Source: a virus
Length of the DNA: 64,000 nt
IMG/VR virus record: IMGVR_UViG_3300049460_000134
Span: 1 to 64,000 of that record
Strand: one strand, 5' to 3'
Below the pieces are notes generated by a model. The model was given only the letters and a program-made list of their open reading frames with translations, ran no database searches and was not told where the DNA came from. Positions 29,427 to 39,800 of this stretch are shown piece by piece. The first letter of the stretch is position 1, and each line of letters starts with the position of its first letter. Made by a program: the position numbers and the translations under genes.

Positions 29427-29803
29427 ACTGCGAATCTCCTTGATGCACGTTGCGGTCACAAGTGACACCGATTCTGGTGATTTGGCAATACAGCGCGCTT
29501 TTGAAGCACAAGGTTTAGATTCGCTCTGTTTGAAAGAGGGAGCGTAAAGTCGCAATCACTGGATGAATATGAAAAATTATAATCGCATAGGTTTAATTAT
29601 GGAACATCGCGAATCCTTTGTGTTGTGGAAATGTCAACATTTGTGAGATCGCCATTTTTGGGGTATCGAATCCTTCAATTGAAGTGCCATTCGCGTTGAA
29701 ATTCAAGGACTCGAGCCGATTATCAAGCAAATTAAAGATCCCGAATATCCACTCACAAACCTGTCATCCGTCAAGGAGATTACGGAAAATTAATCGACTC
29801 AAA

Positions 29804-29824
29804 GTAAATCAGTATTGACTTACA
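29804..29824 (+). promoter_or_regulatory. Operator-like motif copy upstream of the XRE gene
   Basis: GTAAAT CAGT ATTGAC TTACA. Confidence 0.7.
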
Positions 29825-29947
29825 ACCCTTTACGATATCTATGATTATCGAAGCAGTCCTGAGTAGCGTTGCTATTATCTCAGCATAACAAAACAAAACG
29901 CTGTCAAATAAAGAAATGAAGAGCCAAGTGGAGTGAAGGGTTCACCT

Positions 29948-30367
29948 ATGGAACATAAGAATAAAAAAGAATTCAATCGGCCTTTTGCTGACAGCAAGGT
30001 TTCGAAATTCATGACCAAGCGCATCGAGCAGCTCGGCAAGCCAAACCGCGAAATCGCGCAGGCAGCCGGCTTCACGTCTGGTCCGAACATCATTTCGATG
30101 ATTAAGAATGGCGACGTCAAACTGCCGCTCGATCGTGTCGTTCCGATGGCACACGCGCTGAAGACGGACCCTGCTGCTCTGATGCGCATGGCGCTTGAGC
30201 AGCATATGCCACTCAAGGAATTCCCCGAGATCCGCAAGGTGATGACAGACGTTCTGTCAGAAAACGAGCGCGAGATCCTGGAATTGATCCGTGAGACTTC
30301 CGGTAACTCCGATCCGGGTCTTAACGATCACCGCCGTCAGGCGATCAAGGACGCATTCGCAGCGTAA
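29948..30367 (+). CDS. XRE-family HTH regulator (candidate master repressor)
   Basis: NREIAQAAGF...NIISMIKNGDVKLPLDRVVPMAHAL; divergent from the replicon; no S24 peptidase domain. Confidence 0.8.
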   Translation: MEHKNKKEFNRPFADSKVSKFMTKRIEQLGKPNREIAQAAGFTSGPNIISMIKNGDVKLPLDRVVPMAHALKTDPAALMRMALEQHMPLKEFPEIRKVMTDVLSENEREILELIRETSGNSDPGLNDHRRQAIKDAFAA

Positions 30368-30397
30368 TCCAGCGTAGACTGAAAAACTAGGGCGTTC

Positions 30398-30429
30398 GAG
30401 CCGCAGCACCTTGCGGCTCTAACTTTTTC
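30398..30429 (+). terminator. Intrinsic terminator after the XRE gene
   Basis: GAGCCGCA-gcacct-TGCGGCTC followed by taacttttt. Confidence 0.6.
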
Positions 30430-30438
30430 AATATAGGG

Positions 30439-30458
30439 GTCAGTCAAATTTTACTGAC
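30439..30458 (-). promoter_or_regulatory. Operator-like motif copy (inverted)
   Basis: Reverse complement GTCAGT AAAA TTTGAC TGAC. Confidence 0.7.
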
Positions 30459-30479
30459 TCTGCGCAAAGGACATGGCAC

Positions 30480-30701
30480 ATGACTTCACCTCTAACTCAC
30501 GACCAGATCAATTCCTGCCAGGAGCTCGACTTCGAAACGGCAATTATTGAGGCCGACAAACTCGAGAACGCCAACCGGCAGGAAGCAGGCGGTTGCACTG
30601 TCTACACTGGTCGTCACCCTGAACATGGTGACATCCATATTATTATCCCTCCCCTCGGTGGTGGGCTCCTTCTGTTCCCGTTTGTATCCCGCATCTTTTA
30701 A
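30480..30701 (+). CDS. Hypothetical protein
   Basis: RBS AAGGA; 73 aa. Confidence 0.6.
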   Translation: MTSPLTHDQINSCQELDFETAIIEADKLENANRQEAGGCTVYTGRHPEHGDIHIIIPPLGGGLLLFPFVSRIF

Positions 30702-30712
30702 TGCGAGAACGT

Positions 30713-30733
30713 ATCAGTAAAGATTGACTGACA
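30713..30733 (+). promoter_or_regulatory. Operator-like motif copy
   Basis: ATCAGT AAAG ATTGAC TGACA before the cobT-like gene. Confidence 0.75.
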
Positions 30734-30746
30734 ACGGGACACCTCA

Positions 30747-33248
30747 ATGAACAAAGAAATCGTCATCCTTCGCGAAGCAATCAACAAGATCATTCCAATG
30801 ATCGCAGGCAAAGGCCTGAAGGTCACGCAGATCGGAACTGGTGCTTACGTGAAGGCTCATCCTTCAACGGGTGTCCCGTATCTCGTCAACATTCCATCGA
30901 TTCCAGATAATGCGACTCCGGAGTTCGTGACCTCCATTCAAGGCTTCATCGACCATGAAGTCAGTCACGTCCTTTTCACCGACTTTTCCTACAAGATGGG
31001 TCAGAAGTCGCGCCGGCTGCACAGCCTGCACAACGTCTTCGAAGACACCATGATCGAGCGCAAGATGGCGGACAAGTTCTCCGGCTCGAAGCGCAACCTG
31101 GCGACACTGCGCGCCTGGTTCTGCGAAAACATCACGAAGCCAGCGCTCGCATCCGCAAAGTCTGAAGAGGAAGCTTTCGGCTACCTCCTGGTCGTTGCCA
31201 TGCGAGCGCTCGCCGGCCACCGTGAAATGAAAGACTTCCTCGACGACAATAATCTCTGGGCGCAGCCGCTTCTCGCAGCTCTCATGAGCAAGATGCCGGC
31301 CGATTTCGTGAAGCGCATCCCTCTCCTCAACTCGACGGCTGAAACCTACGACGCCGCCGTCCAGCTCGAAGCAATCCTTTATCCGCCACCGCCACCTGCC
31401 CCGCCGCAGCCTGAGCCTCAGCCGGAAGAACAGGACGAGGATGAGAGTGGCGAAGGCGATCAGGACCACTCTGACGAGGAGCAGACCGGCGACGGTGAAG
31501 GCGAAGGTGAGCGTGAGCACACCGAGGACAACGAGAACGCGTCCGGCGGTGAAGAAGAAGAAGACGACGACATGGAGATCGAGGAGCAAGAGCTCTTCGG
31601 CGATGAGGATGAGGACGAAGATGCCGGCGAAGGTGAAAAGAGCGCCGACGAGGAAACTGAAGCCGACGCTGACAGCGACAGCAGCGACGATGGCGATGAC
31701 GACGCGTCTGGCGAAGAAGATGCCGAAGGCGACGCTGACGGCTCCGAAGATGAAGCCGATGAAGATGCTGGTGAGGATGAGCGTAAAGGCTCCGGCAAGG
31801 CCAGCGACAAAGACGGCGACGCTGACGATGCCGATGATGAGAATGGTTCTGGCAAGTCGTCCGATGATGACGATGACGGAGACCAGGAAGAGGATTCAGG
31901 CGATGCTGCTGACGGTTCGCAAGCATCAGAACCTGACGAGGATGCTGAAGGCGACGACGGTGAGACGGATACCGCCGATCAGTCCGATGGATCTGCCGAG
32001 TCGGAAGTGGACGATCAGGATGATGAGAGCGACGGCGACGCTGGCGGCGGTGATGCCGATGGTGAGACCGAAGAAGGTGATGAAGCCGACGACGAGAGCG
32101 ACGCTGAAGGCGGCTCTGACGTTGCGGTAGAAACCGATAGTGACGACGACGGCGACGGAGCCGAAAAGCCTGAAGAGGAAAACGAAGAAGGCGTGGCTGG
32201 TGTCGGCTACGACGAGCACAACCCCTTCGAAGCGCTCGATGACGATGACCTTGTCGACAAGGATCTGTCCTCGTCGATCGCAATCCTCATTCAGAAGGAA
32301 GCGATCAAAGCCATCCTCTCGTCTGAATACTCCGTTCTGACGCGCCAATACGATCGCATCGAACCGCTTCCGGTTCCGGAGACATTCGCTCAGGAGCACG
32401 TCACGCGGCTCGACGACGCAACGCGGCAGATGACCGGTGTCATGCAGAAGGACATTGAGCGCATGATGGCTGCTCAGTCGCGCGTCTTCAAGGTCGGCGG
32501 TCAGCGCTCCGGTCGTCTGAACGGACCTGGTCTGCATCGCATCATGTCCAACGACGATCGCGTGTTTGCTCGCCGAGAAGAGATCAAGGCGAAGGACACT
32601 GCCGTCTCGCTGCTGATGGACTGCTCCGGCTCGATGGAAGGTGCAAAGCAGGCGACCGCCGTGTCAGCCTCCTACGCGCTCGCAACGACCCTTGAGCGCG
32701 TCAACATTCCTTGCGAGTGCCTGGGCTTCACGACGATGGGCTACATCGGTCGCAACAACACGCAGCAATGGCCCCTCTCCCATCGTCAGTGGGAAGAGCT
32801 GATGGAGCATTTCAACGCCGAAGTCGCAAAGGGCGTCACGTTCCATCGGTTCATGCCGATCTTCATGCCGGTCTTCAAAGGCTTCCAGGAGCGCGTCAAC
32901 GCCGAGATCAAGCGTCGCTTCGCCTACATGCAAATCAAGCAGCCACACCAGGGCGGCAACATCGACGGCGAGTCCCTGGAATATGCAGCGATGCGGCTCG
33001 CGCAGCGCAAGGAAAAGCGCAAGGTCATCATCGTTCTGTCAGACGGTCATCCAGCCGGCGCTCTGAACGATTCCGAGCATCTGAAGATGATGGCCGAGCG
33101 CCTGACGAAGCAAGGCTACGACCTCGTCGGTATCGGCATCAAGGATCACGCTGTCAGCCGCTTCTACGACAAGCATGTGGTGTTGCAGGACATCGCCGAT
33201 CTCCCTGGTGAAGTCATGAAGCAGCTTCGTGTCATCCTGCAGAAGTGA
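30747..33248 (+). CDS. CobT-like protein: N-terminal HExxH domain, long acidic linker, C-terminal vWA
   Basis: DHEVSHV, NVFED, MIDAS DCSGSM, VLSDGHP, GIGI. Confidence 0.85.
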   Translation: MNKEIVILREAINKIIPMIAGKGLKVTQIGTGAYVKAHPSTGVPYLVNIPSIPDNATPEFVTSIQGFIDHEVSHVLFTDFSYKMGQKSRRLHSLHNVFEDTMIERKMADKFSGSKRNLATLRAWFCENITKPALASAKSEEEAFGYLLVVAMRALAGHREMKDFLDDNNLWAQPLLAALMSKMPADFVKRIPLLNSTAETYDAAVQLEAILYPPPPPAPPQPEPQPEEQDEDESGEGDQDHSDEEQTGDGEGEGEREHTEDNENASGGEEEEDDDMEIEEQELFGDEDEDEDAGEGEKSADEETEADADSDSSDDGDDDASGEEDAEGDADGSEDEADEDAGEDERKGSGKASDKDGDADDADDENGSGKSSDDDDDGDQEEDSGDAADGSQASEPDEDAEGDDGETDTADQSDGSAESEVDDQDDESDGDAGGGDADGETEEGDEADDESDAEGGSDVAVETDSDDDGDGAEKPEEENEEGVAGVGYDEHNPFEALDDDDLVDKDLSSSIAILIQKEAIKAILSSEYSVLTRQYDRIEPLPVPETFAQEHVTRLDDATRQMTGVMQKDIERMMAAQSRVFKVGGQRSGRLNGPGLHRIMSNDDRVFARREEIKAKDTAVSLLMDCSGSMEGAKQATAVSASYALATTLERVNIPCECLGFTTMGYIGRNNTQQWPLSHRQWEELMEHFNAEVAKGVTFHRFMPIFMPVFKGFQERVNAEIKRRFAYMQIKQPHQGGNIDGESLEYAAMRLAQRKEKRKVIIVLSDGHPAGALNDSEHLKMMAERLTKQGYDLVGIGIKDHAVSRFYDKHVVLQDIADLPGEVMKQLRVILQK

Positions 33249-33255
33249 GGCGCTG

Positions 33256-33993
33256 ATGATCCGAGAGCTCATCAACCGCGGCGCGCTGTTCGTCATCAAC
33301 CACAGCGCCGGCAAGGACAGTCAGGCAATGAGCGTGCTTTTAAAGCGGCTCGTGCCTGCTGAGCAACTCCTGGTCATTCACGCGGATCTCGGCGAGGTCG
33401 AATGGGATGGCAATGTCGAGCATATCAAGAGCACGATTGGCGATCTGCCGCTGATCGTCTGCCGCAACGAGAACAAGACCTTGCTCGAAATGGTGGAGCG
33501 CCGCGGCATGTGGCCCTCCCCTTCTCAGCGCCAATGCACGAGCGACCTGAAGCGCGATCCGATCAATCGAGAGGTCCGGCGCTATCTGAAGGCCAATCCG
33601 CGCTACAACGGGCTTGTGGTGAACTGCATGGGCATTCGCGCTGCGGAGAGTCCCGCCAGGAGCAAGCAGAAGCCCTTCCGCTTCGACCAGCGCAACAGCA
33701 AGGCCGGACGCGAGGTCTATGATTGGCTGCCCATCTTCGAAAAGACGACGGAAGAGGTCTTCCAGATCATCGCCGATGCCGGTGAGCAACCGCATCCAGC
33801 CTATGCCGCCGGCATGTCCCGCCTCTCCTGCGTCTTCTGCATCATGGCGAGCCTGAAGGATCTGCGCACCGCCGCGCGCCTGAAGCCTGATCTTTATCGC
33901 AAATATGTGGAGCTCGAAAAGCGGATCGGCCACACGATCAATATGGAAGGTCGCCCTCTCGAAGAGGTCACAGGGATCCTCGCCGCAGCATAA
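33256..33993 (+). CDS. PAPS-reductase-family (PP-loop, Cys-containing) protein
   Basis: SAGKDS, RQCTSDLK, GIRAAES..R, RLSCVFC. Confidence 0.85.
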   Translation: MIRELINRGALFVINHSAGKDSQAMSVLLKRLVPAEQLLVIHADLGEVEWDGNVEHIKSTIGDLPLIVCRNENKTLLEMVERRGMWPSPSQRQCTSDLKRDPINREVRRYLKANPRYNGLVVNCMGIRAAESPARSKQKPFRFDQRNSKAGREVYDWLPIFEKTTEEVFQIIADAGEQPHPAYAAGMSRLSCVFCIMASLKDLRTAARLKPDLYRKYVELEKRIGHTINMEGRPLEEVTGILAAA

Positions 33994-33996
33994 TTT

Positions 33997-34046
33997 CCAA
34001 GTAAAAATTGACTTGCATCCCAAGTCGTTTGTCAGTAAAAATTGAC
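33997..34046 (+). promoter_or_regulatory. Tandem pair of operator-like motifs overlapping a promoter
   Basis: CCAAGT AAAA ATTGAC TTGCA (33997) and GTCAGT AAAA ATTGAC (34031) before the cobS-like gene. Confidence 0.7.
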
Positions 34047-34095
34047 AATAAGAAAAGCGAAGAAATCGCTAGATCAACACAACAAACGGAGCCGA

Positions 34096-35349
34096 ATGAA
34101 CATGACGACTGCTGTCGCCGCCGCCGATGATATGATTGTCTGCAAGATTGATGGCGCTCTCTGCCACTCGATCCGCGTTCACCTCAAGCATAACCACCCT
34201 GAATGGACGATTGACCGCTACAAGGAAGAGTTTCCTGGCGAGCCGCTGTTGTCGGCATTCGGTGAGGCGCAGGCTCGCAAGATCCGCGCACAGAAGCAGG
34301 CTGAAGAGCGCCGCAAGGAGCGCATGGCGCAGTTTCAGCCGTCGCAGCCCTGGGCGTTCGAAGAGCGCTATATGCACGAGGTCTTCGGCATCGACACGCC
34401 GATCGTCGGCTCTGCCGGTCAGCCGATCAAGATCAACTATCTGACGGAGTGCCATCCGGAGGCTGAAATCTACCTTCAGGATATCGATCCGGACTACGTC
34501 TTCAACATCGACCTGCTGAAGAAGGCCAACATCGCCTACGAACTCAACATGCCCTTCTATGCCTGGGGCTTTCACGGCACAGGCAAGACGACACTGCTTG
34601 AGCAGACGGCGGCTCGCACTGGCCGCCCATTCCTGCGCGTTCAGCACACCGGCAACACCGAAGAGGCGCACATCGTCGGCCAATATGTCGTCAAGACCAT
34701 CCCTGTCGAGGAAGAAGAGCTCGGCGCTGACGGCGTGAAGCACAGGGTCATCAAGCAGAAGGCCGTCACGGAGTTTCAGCCTGGTCCGCTCGCCGTCGCA
34801 ATGAAATACGGCATGGTCTACTGCGCCGACGAATACGACTTCGCAATGCCGTCAGTCATCGCGCTCTATCAGCCGGTGCTCGAAGGCAAGGCGCTCGTCA
34901 TCAAGGATGCACCGCCTGAATGGCGTGTGACGCGTCCGCACCCCGACTTCCGCTTCGTCGCGACTGGCAACACCAACGGTTCAGGCGACGAGACTGGTCT
35001 TTATCAAGGCACGATGATGCAGAACGCCGCGAGCTACTCGCGCTTCACCATCACGGAAGAGGTTAAGTATATGCCGAAGGAGCAAGAGGCGCTTGTCCTT
35101 CGCTCGCGCACCGGTCTGACGAAGGCTGACGCGATGAAGTTCGTGGAAGTTGCGACCGCGATCCGTGAGGCGTTCGCAACCGGCCTGATCTCGATGCCCG
35201 TATCGCCGCGCGAAATCATCGGCGCTGCTAAGCTGTCGATCATCTACGGCGACAATCCGAAGCAAGGTCTGCGCCTCGCATACACCAACCGCTGCACGCG
35301 CGTCGATCAAAAGGCGGTCGATGATGTGGCTCAGAGGTATTTCGGCTGA
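34096..35349 (+). CDS. CobS/MoxR-like AAA+ ATPase with N-terminal Zn-finger-like segment
   Basis: GFHGTGKT, ADEYD, FVATGNTNG; CKID...HLKHNHP. Confidence 0.88.
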   Translation: MNMTTAVAAADDMIVCKIDGALCHSIRVHLKHNHPEWTIDRYKEEFPGEPLLSAFGEAQARKIRAQKQAEERRKERMAQFQPSQPWAFEERYMHEVFGIDTPIVGSAGQPIKINYLTECHPEAEIYLQDIDPDYVFNIDLLKKANIAYELNMPFYAWGFHGTGKTTLLEQTAARTGRPFLRVQHTGNTEEAHIVGQYVVKTIPVEEEELGADGVKHRVIKQKAVTEFQPGPLAVAMKYGMVYCADEYDFAMPSVIALYQPVLEGKALVIKDAPPEWRVTRPHPDFRFVATGNTNGSGDETGLYQGTMMQNAASYSRFTITEEVKYMPKEQEALVLRSRTGLTKADAMKFVEVATAIREAFATGLISMPVSPREIIGAAKLSIIYGDNPKQGLRLAYTNRCTRVDQKAVDDVAQRYFG

Positions 35350-35981
35350 TGCTCGATTACCGCGAAAGCGCACCTCGCATCGCAAGGATCGCGAACGCTG
35401 TTGCATACCAGCTCTCCGGATCTGGTGTGCATTCCATGACCAGGGACGACGTTGAGCAGGAGCTTTGGATCGTCTGGTGCATGGCGCGCGACAAGTATGA
35501 TCCCTCGCTCGGTGTTCCCTTTGAGGCCTTCCTCATCAACGGGATCAAGATGCACATCCGATCGAGCATCAAGCGCAAGGCATTCAAGCGAGCTGCCGAA
35601 GAGTGGGGCAAGAGCCTCGACGCTCCAGTCAGCAAGGATGAAGGCGGCGCGACGGTCGGCGAAACGATCGCGGAAGACTTCAGCTTCATGGATGACATCG
35701 AGGCTGAAGGACAGTTCCAGTTCATCGTCTCGCGTTTGACAGAGCGCGCCGCGACATTCGTTCGTCTGCTGCGCGACCAGCCGCAGATCCTGATCGATGC
35801 ACTGAAAGCTCTCGAAGAGCGCTCCAACTACGCAAAGGAACTTGGCGTCAGCAACATGCTGTTCCGCCAGGTGACGACGTCCATGATTTTCAAGCTGATG
35901 GGATGCGATCGTCCAGAGCGCACGCGCATCCTCGCTGAAGTCCGTCAAGTGACGGAGAAAGAACTGAGGAAGCTCGCATGA
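35349..35981 (+). CDS. Sigma-70 region 2-like transcription factor
   Basis: DDVEQELWIVWCMARDKYDPSLGVPFEAF resembles sigma region 2; SLDAPV motif. Confidence 0.6.
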   Translation: MLDYRESAPRIARIANAVAYQLSGSGVHSMTRDDVEQELWIVWCMARDKYDPSLGVPFEAFLINGIKMHIRSSIKRKAFKRAAEEWGKSLDAPVSKDEGGATVGETIAEDFSFMDDIEAEGQFQFIVSRLTERAATFVRLLRDQPQILIDALKALEERSNYAKELGVSNMLFRQVTTSMIFKLMGCDRPERTRILAEVRQVTEKELRKLA

Positions 35982-36502
35982 CAATTCCAAGCTTCGCTCC
36001 TGGCTGTTTTGGTTCTGCAATGGGCTTTGACGATACGGCGCCGATCTGCGTGGTCTGCACTTTCCGCGAGACATGCAAGCCGATGCACGAGGCCAATCTC
36101 GTCAAGCTGCGCGAGGCGTGCGGTATCAAGAAGGTCGAGCGACGCAAGAAGGTTACGGCTGATCCCGCTCAGGAAGGCGGCCTGACTGTGCCGAAGAAGA
36201 CACTGGAGCTGGTCGACAAGTTCGAACAGGCTGGTCTGAGCGTCACGACCGCACTTGCTGAAGGCAAGAACCCCTTCGCGCAGACAGCCATGCACTTCAT
36301 GACGATCGCCTCACATCTGCTGCTCCGGCTCAACCGGCCGCTGCGCCAGGCGGATCTCTGCATGGCGTTGCAGACGAAGCTGCACTGGACCAAAGGCACC
36401 GCAGACAGTCACGCACGTATGGCAATCCAGGCGCTCGAATATGTCGGCGCAGTGCGCGTCACAGAAGGCGGCGTTAGATTGGCAGGTGTGAATGAGGGAT
36501 AA
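35978..36502 (+). CDS. Hypothetical protein with Cys motif
   Basis: PGCFGS...CVVC...C. Confidence 0.6.
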   Translation: MTIPSFAPGCFGSAMGFDDTAPICVVCTFRETCKPMHEANLVKLREACGIKKVERRKKVTADPAQEGGLTVPKKTLELVDKFEQAGLSVTTALAEGKNPFAQTAMHFMTIASHLLLRLNRPLRQADLCMALQTKLHWTKGTADSHARMAIQALEYVGAVRVTEGGVRLAGVNEG

Positions 36503-36806
36503 GCCAGCCTACCGCATGTTCTTCACCTGCGAAGACGTCAACGAGCCGGCGATCCGGTGCGGCGTCATCGATGTTCGCGAAAACCTGATTGCAGCCGCCG
36601 GTCCAACGAGAGCCGAGCTCCAGGATATCGAAGAGTCCATCGAGCGCATGTGGAGCGTCAAGAACATCGCCATCCATGAGTGGTGCCGCCGCTCAGACGT
36701 CCACCAGTCCAGTTATCACCTCAATACAACTCTCAGGAGACCTTATGCAATCGATCCTCGCAGCCCGGACAGACTTCTCGCTCGGCGAAAGCATTCTGAC
36801 GGCTGA
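36492..36806 (+). CDS. Hypothetical protein
   Basis: Coupled ORF; 3' end overlaps the dnaE start. Confidence 0.45.
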   Translation: MRDKPAYRMFFTCEDVNEPAIRCGVIDVRENLIAAAGPTRAELQDIEESIERMWSVKNIAIHEWCRRSDVHQSSYHLNTTLRRPYAIDPRSPDRLLARRKHSDG

Positions 36807-39800
36807 AAAGCTGGTCGATATCGCCGTTGAGCAGAAAGCCACTGCCGTCGCGATCACCGACACCATGTCTGTTACAGGCATGATCGACTTCACCAATCGC
36901 GCCAAGAAGCAGAACGTCAAGCCGATCATCGGTGTTCGGCTGCGCATGTCTGACGATCCGACCTGGCGGCCGGCGAAGGGCGAGAAGAAGAAGCACATGC
37001 CGCCTGAGCACTTCCTTACGGCATATGTGCTGACTGAAGTCGGCATGAAGGCCATCTTCCGTCTGCTGACCAAGGCGAACGGTCCTGATCGCTTCTACTA
37101 CACCGCCAAGCTTTCTTATCAGGATCTCTACGACGAGCTTGGCAAGATGCTCTCCGGCAACCTCGCTATTCATCTCGGCGAGACGCACGGCGTCTTGATG
37201 CATCCAGCCTATGAGCAGATCATTGAGAAGCTGGTGCTGCACCTTGGCGAAGGCTACGTCTACACGCCGGCGATCCCGATCAACACACCCTACTTCGGCG
37301 CCGTCAATCAGCGATCGGAGCAGATCGCGATCAGATACAGCCTGCCGCCGCTTGTCGTGCGCCCCGCCTACTACGAAGCGAACCAGGCCGACGCGCACGA
37401 AATCATGGGTGCGATCTCCAACGGCAACAAGATCGAAGACGGCTGGCACCGCTCGGCGCACAATCGCGACTTCCATGTGCTCGGCGCGCAAGATCTCGCC
37501 AATGAGGTCATTGCCGCAGCAAAGCACCTGAAGCTGCGCGGTGTGCAGAACGCCGGCAACTTCTTCAAGCGTGGTCTCGCCAACACCGATCGCCTGGTCA
37601 ACGAGGTCGAATACGAATGGTCCAAGCAGCCGGTCTCGCTGCCACAGATGGCGCCTGACGAGTTCAAGGCTGTCGTCGATGAGTGCAAGAAAGGCTGGGC
37701 TGAGCGCTTCTCATCTGAAGCCTTCGGTCACGTTCCAACGAAGGAAGAGTTGGTCGAGGTCTATAAGCCGCGCCTCACGTATGAGCTGGAGATCCTGAAG
37801 AAGCTCAACTTCTCTGGCTACTTCCTACTCGTGCAGGACGTGGTGCAGTTCTCCAAGAAGGCAGGCATTCTCGTTGGACCAGGCCGCGGCTCTGTTGGTG
37901 GTTCGCTCGTCGCTTATCTGATGGGTATCACAGACTGCGATCCGATCCGCTTTGGCCTGCTTTTTGAGCGCTTCATCAATCCTGAGCGTCTCGACCTTCC
38001 TGACGCAGACTTGGACTTCATGTCTGAGCGCCGGCACGAGGTTGTCGAATATCTCATTCAGAAGCACGGCGAAAAGCGCGTCGCTGGTGTGTCGAACTTC
38101 GGCCGCCTGGCTGCAGCGTCTTCGATCCGCGACGTCGGGCGCACCTTCGGCATTCCTGAGAAGGAATATTCGGTCTCGAAGTATGTGCCAAAGCTTCACG
38201 GTGCCAACGTGCCGCTACCAGGCTGCGCAGAGCAGGTTCCGGAGATCCAGGCATTCGCCGACAAGTATCCGGCGCACTGGACCATTATGGAGCGCCTGGA
38301 AGGCACGATCCGCAACATGTCGCAGCACGCAGCCGGCATTGTCGTCGGTGGTGTGGATCTCGAAGAGCGCGCGGTCATCGAAAAGCGCAAGGGAGATTCG
38401 GCAGTCGTCTGCTGGGACAAGCGCATCGTTGAGGATCAAGGCCTGGTCAAGATGGATATCTTGGGTCTGAACACGCTCGACCTGATCTCGCTGGTGCTCC
38501 AATACATCATGGAGCGGCGCCAGAAGAAGATTAACCTGATGAAGATCCCGCTCGACGATCCGAAGGTGCTCGAAAACTTCGCCAAAGGGCTCACGACTGG
38601 CGTCTTCCAGTTCGAAAGCTCTGGCATGCGCAAGCTGCTGCGCGAGCTCGGCGCCGATGGCACGATTACCTTCGATGACGTGACTGCCGCGACCGCGCTC
38701 TATCGTCCAGGTCCAATGGAATCTGGCATGATGGACAGCTACTACAAGCGCAAGCAAGGCAATGAATACGTCGAATATGACCATCCACTCATGGAAGACG
38801 TGCTGAAGGAAACCTTCGGCGTTATCGTCTACCAGGAACAGGTCATGAAGATCTCCCAGGTCATCTGCGGCTACTCCGGCGCTGACGCCGACAAGCTGCG
38901 TAAGATCATGGGTAAAAAGCTGCCTGAAGAAATGAAGAAGGAGCGCGGCAAGTTCTGCGACGGTGCGGTCAAGACGATCCAATGCACTGAGGAATGGGCA
39001 GGCGCTCTCTTCGACAAGATCGAAGGCTTCGCTGGTTACGGCTTCAACAAGTCGCACTCGGTCGAATACTCGCTGATTTCCTGGCAGTCCATGTGGCTGA
39101 AGACTCACTATCCGGTCGAGTTCTTCGCGGCAGCACTCACGCTGATGGATCAGGACAAGCTACCGGCGATCCTGCGTGATGCTGCTCGCTTCGGCATTGA
39201 GGTATCGATGCCTGACATCAACATTTCGACCGGTCGTTTCGAGATCGCGACTGATGTGCGCCTGGTCATCCCCTTCCAGCGCATCAAGGGCATTTCAACC
39301 AACACGACGGCCGCCATCCTCGCCGCGCGCGAAGATGGACCCTTCAAGAACAAGGCTGACTTCCTCGATCGCGTCAACAAGACCAAGTGCAACAAGAAGC
39401 ATCAGGAGGCGCTCGACCTTGTCGGTGCGTTCTGTCGCATCGAGGTCGGTCAAGTTGCGTCGGCTGATCCCAGTCGCATTCGTGACCAGCTCGAGCTGTT
39501 GCCTGGCCTCGTGACAGCGACCGTGCCGATCAATCGCACCATGCCGCACGACAAAGCGACCAAGGAGGCAATCGCTGATGTGATCGCCGACTATAAGGAA
39601 GCTCTGTCTGAAGACGGCATCATGGTCCAGCCGTGCTTTGGCAAGCGTGCGCAATTCATGATCATTGCCGACGCGCCAACGAGCGCTGAAGAGCAGGAAG
39701 GCCTGATTGGCTATGGCAAGACGTCTGCGCCTGTCGTTGACGCTCTGGCGGCCCACGAGCTGTCACGCGATGACGCCTACTGGACGGCAATGCTGAAGCG

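Noticed and set aside
29618-29818. 66-aa ORF in the control region
   Set aside because: No RBS and atypical composition; more likely regulatory DNA.
30747-35349. Cobalamin biosynthesis auxiliary genes
   Set aside because: No cobN or other cob genes; phage CobS/CobT-like pairs are generic AAA+/vWA modules.
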